A stretch of DNA of 30,472 nt from Promethearchaeota archaeon (GCA_019058015.1 JAHLWH010000205.1:1-30472); one strand, 5' to 3'; numbered from the stretch's first letter, positions 1-9,904 are shown. Made by a program: numbers and translations. The notes: generated from the sequence alone by a model not told the origin.

Positions 1-1
1 C

Positions 2-1585
2 ATCTATACATTCTCAATTGATGTATATGATATGGATAATAATTATCCAACCTATGTGTATATTGAAATAAATAGCAATAATTATACAATGAATAATATT
101 TACGGAGATTGGGATTGCTCATCAAATGCTACAGGTGTAGATACAGGTATTCGATTTGAAAAGGGATTATATATTGAAGATTTTGACGATTTGACATTTA
201 GATTTCACGCGTATGATGGAAATAATATTAGTTCAACCGAATGGTATAATGAGGAAGAGAACACTCTAATTGATTTTTCTAATCATATACCTTTTAATTA
301 TTACACAGAATTTGGATATAAATTTGATGTTCTGTCTCTTGATGAATTTTATATAACTGGTTTTCCAGAACCGAGAGAATCTACAATTTGGCTTTCTGCA
401 GATGATACATGGCATTGTATAAATTCCTCAATATATTGTGGAATTGGTCAATTGAATGTAATAACCAGTGATAATGGTTATGGAGCAAATTGGAATGCAA
501 AATTAATAACTCACCCACTGAATTTAGGAACAAAAAGTATTAATTATATTCAATTTTTTCAGAATATAACTTTAGAAAACGAGGGAGAGGAATTCTACGA
601 AGGAGATGATTATGATCAGTGCAATATTTCGATATCAACAGACTTTGGAGCAACCTGGCATGAATTAATAAAATATACGTATTTAAGCAATACAGAAGGT
701 TATTACTATATCGATATCTCCAACTTTAATGGTGAGGTTGTCATGATTAAGTTTGAACTGGATTCAAATGAAGAAACAAATCCCTCTGGACTTGGATGGT
801 TTATAAAAGATTTATTCATCGGTTATAGTGTTTTAATTGATTTTTTAAATCCAAACGAAGAGATTATTGTAAGTAATGTCAAAATAATTAATGCTTCCAT
901 ATCTGAGAAGGATGGACATGAATTGAAACAGATCGAATTGTATATTAATGACACTTTAATTGAGGCTTCCTATGAAAATGGAATTTTAAACTTTGTTTGG
1001 GATACTAATCTATACGCAGATGGGGAATATGTATTAAAAATTGTCGTATATGATAATTATGATAATATGATAGATGCCTCAATTGTTGTCATAGTTGATA
1101 ATATTCCTATTTGGATTGAATTACTTCCATGGATAATTTTTATCGGTGTGTTACTAAGTGTATCAGTGATAGCAGCATTAATTACTGTTAAAAAAGGTAT
1201 AGTTTTGGTAGATAAGATCAAAGTAAATCGTAGTATAAGAAAGGAAAGAACTATAGTGCTTGATAAAGAAAAAGAAATAATCAGAAAAAGAATTGAAAAC
1301 TTGACCAAAGAAGAATTAAAAGAAAGACCATATACATATTTTTGTAAAAATTGCAAATCGTGGTTTGTTGATAATTATGGTTTTAAATGGAATTGTCCAT
1401 CTTGCAACACAGATCAATTATATCTTGCATATCAATGTCCCATTTGTAGAAAATGGTATTTTAAAGATAATCCAGGCGATTATGATTGCAAAAAATGTAA
1501 AATAAAAATGGTAAAGCTATCAAGAGAAGAAATCAAAAAAGAATTAGTTTGGAAATCGTTTGACGAATTAGGAGAAAAATCCTAA
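2..1585 (+). CDS. 5'-partial single-pass membrane protein: extracellular Ig-like and jelly-roll (immune-inhibitor-A/cleaved-adhesin-like) domains, TM helix, cytoplasmic double zinc ribbon
   Basis: The frame is open from base 2 (IYTFSIDVYD before the ATG at 32), so the gene probably starts upstream of the window. It contains jelly-roll-like motifs (ISISTDFGATW, IDISNFNG..VMIKF, GWFIKD), a bacterial Ig-like motif (VWDT..YADGEYVLKIVVYD), a hydrophobic segment (LLPWIIFIGVLLSVSVIAALITV followed by KK) and four CxxC pairs near the C-terminus. Confidence 0.75.
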   Translation: MYTFSIDVYDMDNNYPTYVYIEINSNNYTMNNIYGDWDCSSNATGVDTGIRFEKGLYIEDFDDLTFRFHAYDGNNISSTEWYNEEENTLIDFSNHIPFNYYTEFGYKFDVLSLDEFYITGFPEPRESTIWLSADDTWHCINSSIYCGIGQLNVITSDNGYGANWNAKLITHPLNLGTKSINYIQFFQNITLENEGEEFYEGDDYDQCNISISTDFGATWHELIKYTYLSNTEGYYYIDISNFNGEVVMIKFELDSNEETNPSGLGWFIKDLFIGYSVLIDFLNPNEEIIVSNVKIINASISEKDGHELKQIELYINDTLIEASYENGILNFVWDTNLYADGEYVLKIVVYDNYDNMIDASIVVIVDNIPIWIELLPWIIFIGVLLSVSVIAALITVKKGIVLVDKIKVNRSIRKERTIVLDKEKEIIRKRIENLTKEELKERPYTYFCKNCKSWFVDNYGFKWNCPSCNTDQLYLAYQCPICRKWYFKDNPGDYDCKKCKIKMVKLSREEIKKELVWKSFDELGEKS

Positions 1586-1623
1586 CATGTATTATATCAT
1601 AATATAAAAAATTTATAATTAAT

Positions 1624-4581
1624 ATGAAATTAAAAAGAAGATTAAAGAGGAAATTTAACCTTCAATGGATTAAGCATTCTTGGATCGACTTAAAGAAAAA
1701 TCCTACAAAAACTCTTTTTGGAGTTATAGGTATTTCTATTTCTCTGGCCTTATTGACAGGGATAGGAATGGTAAATGACACAATGAATTTTAATTATATG
1801 GATATGATCACAAATCAGACAGGTTCCAGCGATATCTGGATAATGAAGACCCTCAGCACTGATATGAGTTTTGACATATATTTCAACCATACTTATGTAG
1901 AAGATGCCCTAAGAGATATAGAAGAGATTGAAGACTTGTTTCCTCGAATACAGATTCTACCTGTCGATGTAAAGAATCTTGACAACAATATAAGCGGAAG
2001 CATAATGCTTTATGGAATTGATTTTGAAAGAGAAAAGGATTCTGGAAATATTGGAGATCTAATAATTAATGATGAAAATTTAACTGAAACTGATGAAATT
2101 TACGAAAATACACCGGAAAAAGGACATTGTATAATTTTAAAGGCAACATCTGTTAAATTTAACGCGTCAAAAGGAGATGCACTACATATGGTTTATCAGT
2201 ATAAAGAAATCGATTTAATTATTGATGAAATTTGTATCCAAGATTCAAAATTTAACGAATATGAAAATAATCAAATTATTATGGATATTGAACATGTTCA
2301 AGATTGGCTAAATAAGGGAGACCAAGCATCTATGGTTATGATTTTATTAAGAGATAGAGAATTTATTTATGATTCAAGTGATATTACAGGTACAAAACTG
2401 GCATTAAGAGATATTGGAGAAAAAATCCAAAAAATTCTAACTATAAAAGAGTATCAAGTTTTACTTCCAAAATTAGAAGAATTAGAAATGTCTGAATTTT
2501 CAATGATTGGACGAACAATTATGTTTTGGTTTGTCACTCTATTATCTATGTTGATAACAGGCATCCTAATAAATGGTATATTATCCACCTCTGCAGAAGA
2601 AAGAACCAGAGAGTTCGGGATTACAAGAGTATTAGGTGGAAGAAAAAATTATTCAATTAAAATGGTTTTATTTGAAGGATTTTTATTAGGTTCCATTGGT
2701 ACTATAGTTGGAATTATGACTGGATTATTTATTACACCTCCATTAGTCAATTCATTGTTTGAATTTTTTATCCAAAGGTATGGTGAAAATTTAGAATATA
2801 TAATCAGCCCTCAAACGATTATTTTAGCTGTCATGGTTGGAATTATAGTATCTCTTGGGGTTGCATTACTACCTGCATTAAAGGTAGCACGAATCAAATT
2901 AATAAGAGCCATAACACCTTATCAAACAAAAGAAGAAGGCTGGGAAGTAGCTAAAGAAGGTTCCATGAATGTTAAAGGATTTTTAGTTGGAATCTCAATT
3001 GCCCTAATTGGTTTATTAATTTTCATATTACTACCCAGAATTTTTAGTTCAATGGATTTTATGTTAATTGCAACATTTTTTATTGGTTTATTAGCAGCGA
3101 TTGTTATTGGATTTGTTTTTGCATCTCTGGGAGTTATACCATTCATACAAACATTTTTTGTGTATCTAATGATGCCTTTTTTTCGAAAATACATACATAT
3201 TGTTAAAATCTCTCTAAAAAGATACCAGAGAAGAAATTCTGGGACGATTTTAATGTTTGCACTATCGTTTTCGTTCATATTTTTCATAACAACTTCTTCT
3301 GAAATTGAGAAACAAACGTGGTCTTTAAATTTTAAATTTCAATATGGAGCAAATTTAGTACTTGCTAATTATGGAACTTTAGAAGAAGGAAATGCTTTTA
3401 CTATGGAGTCCGTAGAACAAATAAAAGAATTACAAGGCGTAGAAGATGTCGCACCGGTATTACACAACTCATTTGATCTCACTTCCTTCATGTCTTTATT
3501 AGACTTCAGTGCTGAATCAGGATTAGACTTTAGTCCAGAACGACTTCAAACACTTATGGCACAAGCGGCGTTATTTAGTCAATATGGAGAGAGTAAATTT
3601 TCAATATCTGTCTCTGATGTCGTGGAATTTGCTTCTGTCGATGTAAAAATAGTTGGAATTGATGAACGATATCTTAATCTAGTAGATCGAAATTTATTTA
3701 TTTGGAAATCTGCAGGGAGTGGATTTGATGCATCATTTTCTGCACTTTTGGATAGAAATGATACGTGTATAATCTCTAAAGCAATCGCATCAAGGATAGG
3801 AGTAAGAGAGGTTGGACAAAGAGTTAGATTGACTGTTAGAGATCCTAAAAAGGGAGGAACTGGAAATATCTCATTATTTGAAGTCGTTGGAATTTCTGGA
3901 GGTGTGCCAGGTTTTATTAATTTTAAATCTTCAGAAATGACAGCGGAAGATGGCGGGATTATGGTTTCTATGGATACCTACATTGAACTTATGAGTTGGC
4001 CTAATGGTGGAAAACCTGAAATGATCGTAGACAAGATTTTTATAAATTTAAATGATCCAAGTGAAGATAATATTAGAGATACTAAGCAATTAGTAAACGA
4101 TATGTATTTGGATAATTTCTTCACTATTGATGATGCGATTTCCAAAATCAAATTTGTTGAAGAGATGAATGAAGAATTTTCTGCACTCTCAGAAATTCTC
4201 CTAACATTTACTGTCATTATTTGTATTTTTGGATTAATCTCGTCGATGTATGCAACAATTCTTGAACGAAATTTAGAAATTGGAATATTACGTGCCCTCG
4301 GAATGAGAGTAAAAGAAGTAAGGCATATGTTTCTATTAGAAAGCATGATTTTAATGATATCAGCTGGTTTTATGGGCGTGTTAATTGGCAGCTATTCGGC
4401 TTACTTGATGGAGAGCAATTTAAGCCTCCTCACGGAACTTCCAACTATATTTTCGATTCCAATTGATACAATAATTAGAGTTTTTGGTATGAGTATTATC
4501 GTAGGGATAATAGGAATGTACTTAATTCTTCTTAAACTGAGCAGACAAACTTTAATGGATATCTTTAGACAGACATTTTAA
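1624..4581 (+). CDS. FtsX/MacB-like ABC transporter permease (duplicated permease architecture)
   Basis: Two FtsX-type motifs, ERTREFGITRVLG and ERNLEIGILRALG, each preceded by a large extracytoplasmic domain and followed by TM helices. Confidence 0.9.
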   Translation: MKLKRRLKRKFNLQWIKHSWIDLKKNPTKTLFGVIGISISLALLTGIGMVNDTMNFNYMDMITNQTGSSDIWIMKTLSTDMSFDIYFNHTYVEDALRDIEEIEDLFPRIQILPVDVKNLDNNISGSIMLYGIDFEREKDSGNIGDLIINDENLTETDEIYENTPEKGHCIILKATSVKFNASKGDALHMVYQYKEIDLIIDEICIQDSKFNEYENNQIIMDIEHVQDWLNKGDQASMVMILLRDREFIYDSSDITGTKLALRDIGEKIQKILTIKEYQVLLPKLEELEMSEFSMIGRTIMFWFVTLLSMLITGILINGILSTSAEERTREFGITRVLGGRKNYSIKMVLFEGFLLGSIGTIVGIMTGLFITPPLVNSLFEFFIQRYGENLEYIISPQTIILAVMVGIIVSLGVALLPALKVARIKLIRAITPYQTKEEGWEVAKEGSMNVKGFLVGISIALIGLLIFILLPRIFSSMDFMLIATFFIGLLAAIVIGFVFASLGVIPFIQTFFVYLMMPFFRKYIHIVKISLKRYQRRNSGTILMFALSFSFIFFITTSSEIEKQTWSLNFKFQYGANLVLANYGTLEEGNAFTMESVEQIKELQGVEDVAPVLHNSFDLTSFMSLLDFSAESGLDFSPERLQTLMAQAALFSQYGESKFSISVSDVVEFASVDVKIVGIDERYLNLVDRNLFIWKSAGSGFDASFSALLDRNDTCIISKAIASRIGVREVGQRVRLTVRDPKKGGTGNISLFEVVGISGGVPGFINFKSSEMTAEDGGIMVSMDTYIELMSWPNGGKPEMIVDKIFINLNDPSEDNIRDTKQLVNDMYLDNFFTIDDAISKIKFVEEMNEEFSALSEILLTFTVIICIFGLISSMYATILERNLEIGILRALGMRVKEVRHMFLLESMILMISAGFMGVLIGSYSAYLMESNLSLLTELPTIFSIPIDTIIRVFGMSIIVGIIGMYLILLKLSRQTLMDIFRQTF

Positions 4582-4750
4582 ATGAAACATTCAATAAATA
4601 TGCGAAAATCTTTTTCAAATTCTTTTTTTATAAATATCCGTGTATAAACGACTTTTAGAAATTTTTTAATCTCCATAATTAAAAAAAAAGTTTTAAAGCA
4701 TAAAACTTCACTGCATCATCTAACTAATCACAAAAGATTTTTTCATAATC

Positions 4751-5737
4751 TTACTTTGTAGAATTTTCACTTTCTGAATTACTAATGAAATTAATTGCCT
4801 CTTTTGCACAAAAATCTATTAATTCTTTACATTCTTCACTAGACGCTCCAAATTGCTGAAATTCTTTCCAATTGTTAAATGTTGTATTAGTAATATCTTT
4901 GCATTCTAAAGTGCCAGTTCGTTCTAAAAATCCCTCTATAATTTTTCTTCCACCAACGAAAACATCATTAGAGTCAGATGGTTTCATCTTTCTTTGTCTT
5001 TTTGCGGATTTATAGAAGGCTCTCATATTTTTAAGCATACCTGATTCCATATAATTTACACCTGAATGAAGGCTTATAGCCATAATCGCTCCAGCTATAG
5101 CGCCACAAGCACCTCCTTGTAACCCTATACCGCCATCAAGTGCCACAGATATTCTTTCAAGGTGAGGACTACCAACAGATGTGCTTTTTCTTACCTCTTC
5201 AAAAACAGTGCGAGCACAATGGAAACTATTTGAAAAACCAGAAAATTGACTCGAATCTATTTCAGGTAAAGTATCTTTGATTGAATAGAGATGTTTCATA
5301 GCTTTAGAAGTATGTGATAAGCATCTATATAAGTTTTGGGGTAGTAAGACTCCCATTACACCTCTTCTTTTCCACAAATTCAATTTTACTCTTTCTCGAC
5401 ATAGTGTTGTTCCATATTTTTCATGCCACCAGTTTATATAATCTTTTATGAGAGCATGAAGTTTTACTTCATCTTCTGTTTTCCATTCTGAGAGTTTGGA
5501 ATCCATTAACATCGCCAAACTTAGAGCACCGCTGAAAACAACACCACAAGATGAACCTTTTCCGAGAACTCCTCCTGAACATTGTGCTATTGATTTTAAG
5601 ACATCATCATCTTTTAGATCATAAGCGTCTTGAAAGACTCTAATCTGTGTTAGAGCACACTGAAAAGTCTTAAGAAGCGTTCTTTTAGCTTTTGTACTCA
5701 ACTTTTTTGCTTCTTTTTTGTTCTTATCTTTTTCCAT
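4751..5737 (-). CDS. C-GCAxxG-C-C family putative redox protein, two tandem domains
   Basis: Two repeats of the family pattern: QCA..GG..SCGVVFSG..LCRE..RC and HCA..GG..ACGAIAG..ECKD..EC. A GAGTGA SD lies upstream of the ATG. Confidence 0.8.
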   Translation of the reverse strand: MEKDKNKKEAKKLSTKAKRTLLKTFQCALTQIRVFQDAYDLKDDDVLKSIAQCSGGVLGKGSSCGVVFSGALSLAMLMDSKLSEWKTEDEVKLHALIKDYINWWHEKYGTTLCRERVKLNLWKRRGVMGVLLPQNLYRCLSHTSKAMKHLYSIKDTLPEIDSSQFSGFSNSFHCARTVFEEVRKSTSVGSPHLERISVALDGGIGLQGGACGAIAGAIMAISLHSGVNYMESGMLKNMRAFYKSAKRQRKMKPSDSNDVFVGGRKIIEGFLERTGTLECKDITNTTFNNWKEFQQFGASSEECKELIDFCAKEAINFISNSESENSTK

Positions 5738-6116
5738 TCATATCACTCTAAAATCTTTATTTCTCAAAAATTTAGATTTTGATATATTTTCCTAATTTAA
5801 AAATTAAGGGCATCTTATATTTAATATTTTTGTAAAATATATATATCTCAGAAGCCGAAAATGAGCTCTAAAAAGTTCATATAAGTAGTAAATAATGTTG
5901 AATCTTAATGATAAAATAGATTATAATTATTGAGAGTAATCATAATTACATATTACATTATAATTTCTTGATATTCCTCTTTTCATGTAAAATAAATATT
6001 ATTTAAATGAAGATTCAATAAAATGGAACCTTAGAGGTATATTGTAATTAAAGATGATATAGTTGGCTCTAAGTAATAAGTTATTTATGAATATTTCGGT
6101 TATAACAATATTTTTT

Positions 6117-6719
6117 TTATAAATTTTGTTTAAGAAAATCCACTAATTTGTTGAATGCTTGACTTCTATGAGATAATTTATTTTTTTCCTCAATCGGAAT
6201 CTCAGAGAAGGTTTTATCTGGAAATGTATCAGGTAAAAAAATAGGATCAAAACCAAAACCATGGTTTCCCCTCATCTTTTTAGCGATTTTACCACTAACT
6301 TCACCTTTAAAAATTTTAATTTCATTAATTGGTTTGAAATAGAGTGCAATAACGCTCTCGAAATGCGCACAAGTTTTGGACTCTTCTCCAATTAACATAA
6401 GAATCCCTTCATTTCCTATGGTTTTATAAACATACGCCGAATAAACTCCCGGAAATCCATTTAAAGGCTCATCAACGAAAAATCCAGCATCTTCAACAAA
6501 ACAAGATTCATTTAATTTATCTTTAACACTTTTAATTTTAAAGACAGCTACATCTCTTAAATTATCGACTTGTATTTCAATTGGTTCGAGCTTAGAATGA
6601 AATAATTTATATTTTTTATTTAAATTAGATTTATTAAAAATTTCTGAAACTTCATTAAATTTATGAATATTGCCAGTGATAAAATGAATGGGTTTTTTTC
6701 CTCCGTTCATATTAGCCAA
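6117..6719 (-). CDS. rdgB: RdgB/HAM1 family non-canonical purine NTP (XTP/dITP) pyrophosphatase
   Basis: Motifs TGNxxKFxE, EDAG, LNGFPGVYS, GFGFDPIF and KNxLSHR. The start is TTG at 6719 or ATG at 6710. Confidence 0.95.
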   Translation of the reverse strand: MANMNGGKKPIHFITGNIHKFNEVSEIFNKSNLNKKYKLFHSKLEPIEIQVDNLRDVAVFKIKSVKDKLNESCFVEDAGFFVDEPLNGFPGVYSAYVYKTIGNEGILMLIGEESKTCAHFESVIALYFKPINEIKIFKGEVSGKIAKKMRGNHGFGFDPIFLPDTFPDKTFSEIPIEEKNKLSHRSQAFNKLVDFLKQNL

Positions 6720-6948
6720 CTTAAAATTTAATAATTGAAATAGAATTTATTTGTGTATAAATGTTTTTAATTAAATACTAATTAATTTTAATAGTTAAAA
6801 AATAATTTACGATTAATCTTTAGTTATTAGTAGTCAATGGGAAAAAAAAAAGTGTTTTAAATCTTGATTCCTATAAATAGAATCATTCAATGTAAATTCA
6901 TAAACATATGAAAAATATACATTTTTAAATTGTAAAACTTGAACTTAA

Positions 6949-7539
6949 ATGTTTCATAATATTCCAGAAGTTGTAAAAAAGAGAATGGAATACTTAGAAG
7001 AAATAGATAGAAGAGATAGGCTTGATGGAACACCTAGAATAAAAAGACTTCGTCAAATTCCTCAGGAAACAGGGAAATTTATTTCAATTTTAGCAGCTTG
7101 TGCTCCAAAAGGGGAATTTTTAGAAATTGGAACAAGTGCGGGTTATTCTACACTGTCGATAGCGCTGGCGTGTCAATTAAATGAAAATAAAATAACAACT
7201 TTTGAAATTTTAAAAGAAAAAGCTAAATTAGCTAGAGAAACATTCCAAATAACTAATTTAGAGAAAATTATCGAACTAATAGAGGATGATGCTCGAAATT
7301 ATTTAATTCGTTATACGAATATCTCATTTTGCTTTTTAGATGCAGAGAAAGAAATTTACGGCGAATGTTACGAATTAATAATTCCAAATATGGTTAAAGG
7401 AGGGATATTTATTGCTGATAATGCAATTAATCATTATAAAACGTTAAAACCTATGTTAGATAAAGCTATGGCTGATGATCGAGTAGATTCATTAATAGTG
7501 CCAATTGGAAAAGGTGAATTGGTTAGTAGAAAAATTTAA
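6949..7539 (+). CDS. O-methyltransferase (class I SAM-dependent, caffeoyl-CoA OMT/YrrM-like)
   Basis: [11 protein letters not shown] motif I, FLDAEK and GGIFIADN. Confidence 0.88.
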   Translation: MFHNIPEVVKKRMEYLEEIDRRDRLDGTPRIKRLRQIPQETGKFISILAACAPKGEFLEIGTSAGYSTLSIALACQLNENKITTFEILKEKAKLARETFQITNLEKIIELIEDDARNYLIRYTNISFCFLDAEKEIYGECYELIIPNMVKGGIFIADNAINHYKTLKPMLDKAMADDRVDSLIVPIGKGELVSRKI

Positions 7540-7553
7540 TTAAGAAAAAAAAG

Positions 7554-8858
7554 GTGTTTAAAATCACAGTAAATTTTGATTATATTGTTATTGGTGGAGG
7601 CATCGCTGGATTACACATTGGTGCTTTACTAAGTCAGCACGGAAAGGTAGTTGTTCTCGAAAAAACGAATGAAATTGGCGGTCGAGCAAAAGTTGTTGAA
7701 AAAGATGGATTTAAGCTAGATTTTGGAGCGCATCCCATAAGATTTGGACCTAAATCAGATCTTGGTGAATCTTTTGAAGAAATAGGAAAACCTATTGAAT
7801 TCATTAAACCAGGAAAAGTATTGGCGTTCTTGGACGATGGTTCTATAACCACATATCCCTCGGGAGGTATTATAGCAGTTCTAAAAAGTAAATTGGTTCC
7901 TTTTTTCAAGACTTTAAAATTAATGATAATGATAAAAAAAATGGCTGAGCAAGAGTTTATAGCTCTTTATGATATGTCTTTAGAAGAATGGTTTAATAAG
8001 GAGAACATTACCCCTAAAATTCGAGAATTTTTAACCATGGCAAGCGCTACTCTCCAAGTAAATCCCTTTATTGAACGATCCTCTGCCGGTGAAACTCTAC
8101 AAAATATTAGAAAAGTTCTAGATATTGGAAGTGTATATTATCCAAGAGGTGGATGGGGTGAAATTTTCTCAAAGTTTTCGGAAAAAATTAAAGAGAACGG
8201 AGAGATTAGATTAAAAAGTGAAGTATCAGAAATTATAGTTAAAGAGGGTAAAACAACAGGAGTTAAAATTGGAGAAGAAATAATTAATGGTGAAAAAATT
8301 ATTTCTACAATCCCAGTCCAGCAACTCTTTACCATATTGGATGAAAAATTATGTGATAAAGATTTAATTACTAGATGTAAAGGTTTGAAATGTACTGCAG
8401 GAATCAGTATTGATTTTTGTTTATCTAAACCAATTAGTGATATTGATGGAGGTATTATGCTCGAGAAGCCACTGGGTTTTGGTTTTATTCCATCTAATAT
8501 TTCACCAGAAGTAGCTCCAGAAGGAAAATCTTTAATGACTTTTTTTACAATAACTAATGTTGAGGATATTAAAGATAAAACTAAATCTAATGAAATTTAT
8601 CAACATCTTAGAAGTACAATTTTAAGATTCTTCCCGGAGATTGAAAATAATTTGGATTTTGAAAGACCATTATTTCATGAAATGATTGATGGAGTTGAGA
8701 TTAATACAGAACAACATCGATTAAAGAGATTGGGAAATGAAATCAAAGGAATTTCCAATTTATTTCTTACTGGAGATTCTGTAGGAGGTGAAGGCGCTGG
8801 GGGCGATGTCGGACATACTAGCGTTCGAAACTGCTATAAAAAAATTGTTGGAAGATAA
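7554..8858 (+). CDS. FAD-dependent oxidoreductase, phytoene desaturase/amine oxidase family
   Basis: DYIVIGGGIAG Rossmann motif, LEK..IGGRA, DFGAH, YPRGG and C-terminal NLFLTGD. GTG start. Confidence 0.85.
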   Translation: MFKITVNFDYIVIGGGIAGLHIGALLSQHGKVVVLEKTNEIGGRAKVVEKDGFKLDFGAHPIRFGPKSDLGESFEEIGKPIEFIKPGKVLAFLDDGSITTYPSGGIIAVLKSKLVPFFKTLKLMIMIKKMAEQEFIALYDMSLEEWFNKENITPKIREFLTMASATLQVNPFIERSSAGETLQNIRKVLDIGSVYYPRGGWGEIFSKFSEKIKENGEIRLKSEVSEIIVKEGKTTGVKIGEEIINGEKIISTIPVQQLFTILDEKLCDKDLITRCKGLKCTAGISIDFCLSKPISDIDGGIMLEKPLGFGFIPSNISPEVAPEGKSLMTFFTITNVEDIKDKTKSNEIYQHLRSTILRFFPEIENNLDFERPLFHEMIDGVEINTEQHRLKRLGNEIKGISNLFLTGDSVGGEGAGGDVGHTSVRNCYKKIVGR

Positions 8859-8927
8859 TTGCTTAAATTAACGATCCTCTGGCTATTCGAGCATAAATAT
8901 ATAATTAATTGACGATTTTTATATAAT

Positions 8928-9164
8928 ATGGAATTTTCTTTTGATAAAGTTGCAAATGCACTCTATCTTCGCTTCTCTTATGAAAAAGTTCAAACCACCG
9001 AAGAAATTGCTGAAGGCATAATAATCGATTATGGAAAAGGTAATCATAAGGTTGGCATAGAGATTTTAAATTTTTCTGATCGACATCTCAATCTTAATGA
9101 TCTTATTCAAATGGATGCTGAAGAAATTATACCAATGATAATCCAATGCATTGCAAAGGATTAA
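8928..9164 (+). CDS. DUF2283 family small protein (putative antitoxin/TA-associated)
   Basis: Typical pattern FDxxANALYLRF...TEEIAEGIIIDY....VGIEIL. Confidence 0.85.
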   Translation: MEFSFDKVANALYLRFSYEKVQTTEEIAEGIIIDYGKGNHKVGIEILNFSDRHLNLNDLIQMDAEEIIPMIIQCIAKD

Positions 9165-9227
9165 GATCCGAAATCTTTCTAAAGAAGAAATCCTTAATAC
9201 ATTAAATCAACCCAACAATGTGAAGAA
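9145..9227 (+). pseudogene. Remnant of a DUF4258 (RelE/BrnT-like) gene, the usual partner of DUF2283
   Basis: The +1 frame relative to DUF2283 reads NALQRIKIRNLSKEEILNTLNQPNNVK, matching the DUF4258 N-terminal pattern (HAxxRMxxRxIsxeeIxxxlxxP). There is no in-frame start (stops at 9136 and 9139), and similarity is lost after about 9227. Confidence 0.6.
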
Positions 9228-9414
9228 AAACTCTGCAAATCCTTCAGGGAGATCCACATCATTTACCTTTTTATGTTTTAATGAGTTCAATTTATTACTC
9301 AAATAAATTTTGTTTGAGATAAATATTTTAATAAAACCAAAATTTTATTTATTTTATTTCTTTATACTTTTTAAATTATATTTGAACAAGCTTTAATCAT
9401 ATAATTTAAATTAA

Positions 9415-9885
9415 ATGAGTTGGTTTAGCATCGCACGGATGCACAGCAGAAAAAAAGGAAAAAGTGGTTCGACAAGGCCATCAAGATTAGAAAAACCTAG
9501 TTGGCTAACAATATCGTCTGAAGAAGTAGAAGATTTTGTCATAAAACTTGCACGAAAGGGAAATTCTAAGAGTATGATTGGTACGATTTTAAGAGACAGT
9601 TTTGGAGTTCCACTAGTTAAAATTGTCACTGGAAAAAAAATTAATCAGATTCTGGAGGAAGCCAAAATCGAGGAAGATTTACCGGAAGATTTACGCAATC
9701 TTGCTAAAAAAGCTGTAAATTTACGGAAACATTTAGAAACAAATAAAAAGGATTTAGATTCTAGGAAAGGATTGCAAAGAATCGAATCTAAAATTTACAG
9801 ATTAATTAAGTATTATAAAAAGAAAGGAGTTCTTTCTCAAGAATTCAAATATACCCCTGAAGAAATCAAAACATTGTTAATATAA
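9415..9885 (+). CDS. rps15: 30S ribosomal protein S15 (uS15; archaeal S15/eukaryotic S13 type)
   Basis: ARMHSRKKGKSGS, GTILRDSFGVP, LPEDL, HLETNKKD..GLQRIESKIYRLIKYYK. The true start may be ATC at 9430 (see findings). Confidence 0.97.
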   Translation: MSWFSIARMHSRKKGKSGSTRPSRLEKPSWLTISSEEVEDFVIKLARKGNSKSMIGTILRDSFGVPLVKIVTGKKINQILEEAKIEEDLPEDLRNLAKKAVNLRKHLETNKKDLDSRKGLQRIESKIYRLIKYYKKKGVLSQEFKYTPEEIKTLLI

Positions 9886-9904
9886 TCATCAAAAAGGCGT
9901 AATT

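Noticed and set aside
6028-6073. Possible hairpin CTTAGAG...CTCTAAG in the 5738-6116 intergenic region (ncRNA or SECIS candidate)
   Set aside because: Only a 7-bp outer stem with a weak G-U-rich inner stem, no convincing SECIS core, and no neighbouring gene with an in-frame TGA at a Cys position.
7554-8858. Resemblance to Rab-GDI/REP (a eukaryotic signature candidate)
   Set aside because: The intact GxGxxG, GGRA, DxGAH and C-terminal GD motifs fit an ordinary FAD oxidoreductase; the shared fold explains the resemblance.
9217-9265. Minus-strand ATGATGT...CTGA resembling a C/D-box sRNA
   Set aside because: The C box is imperfect, there is no second box pair at normal spacing, and the region overlaps a pseudogene junction.
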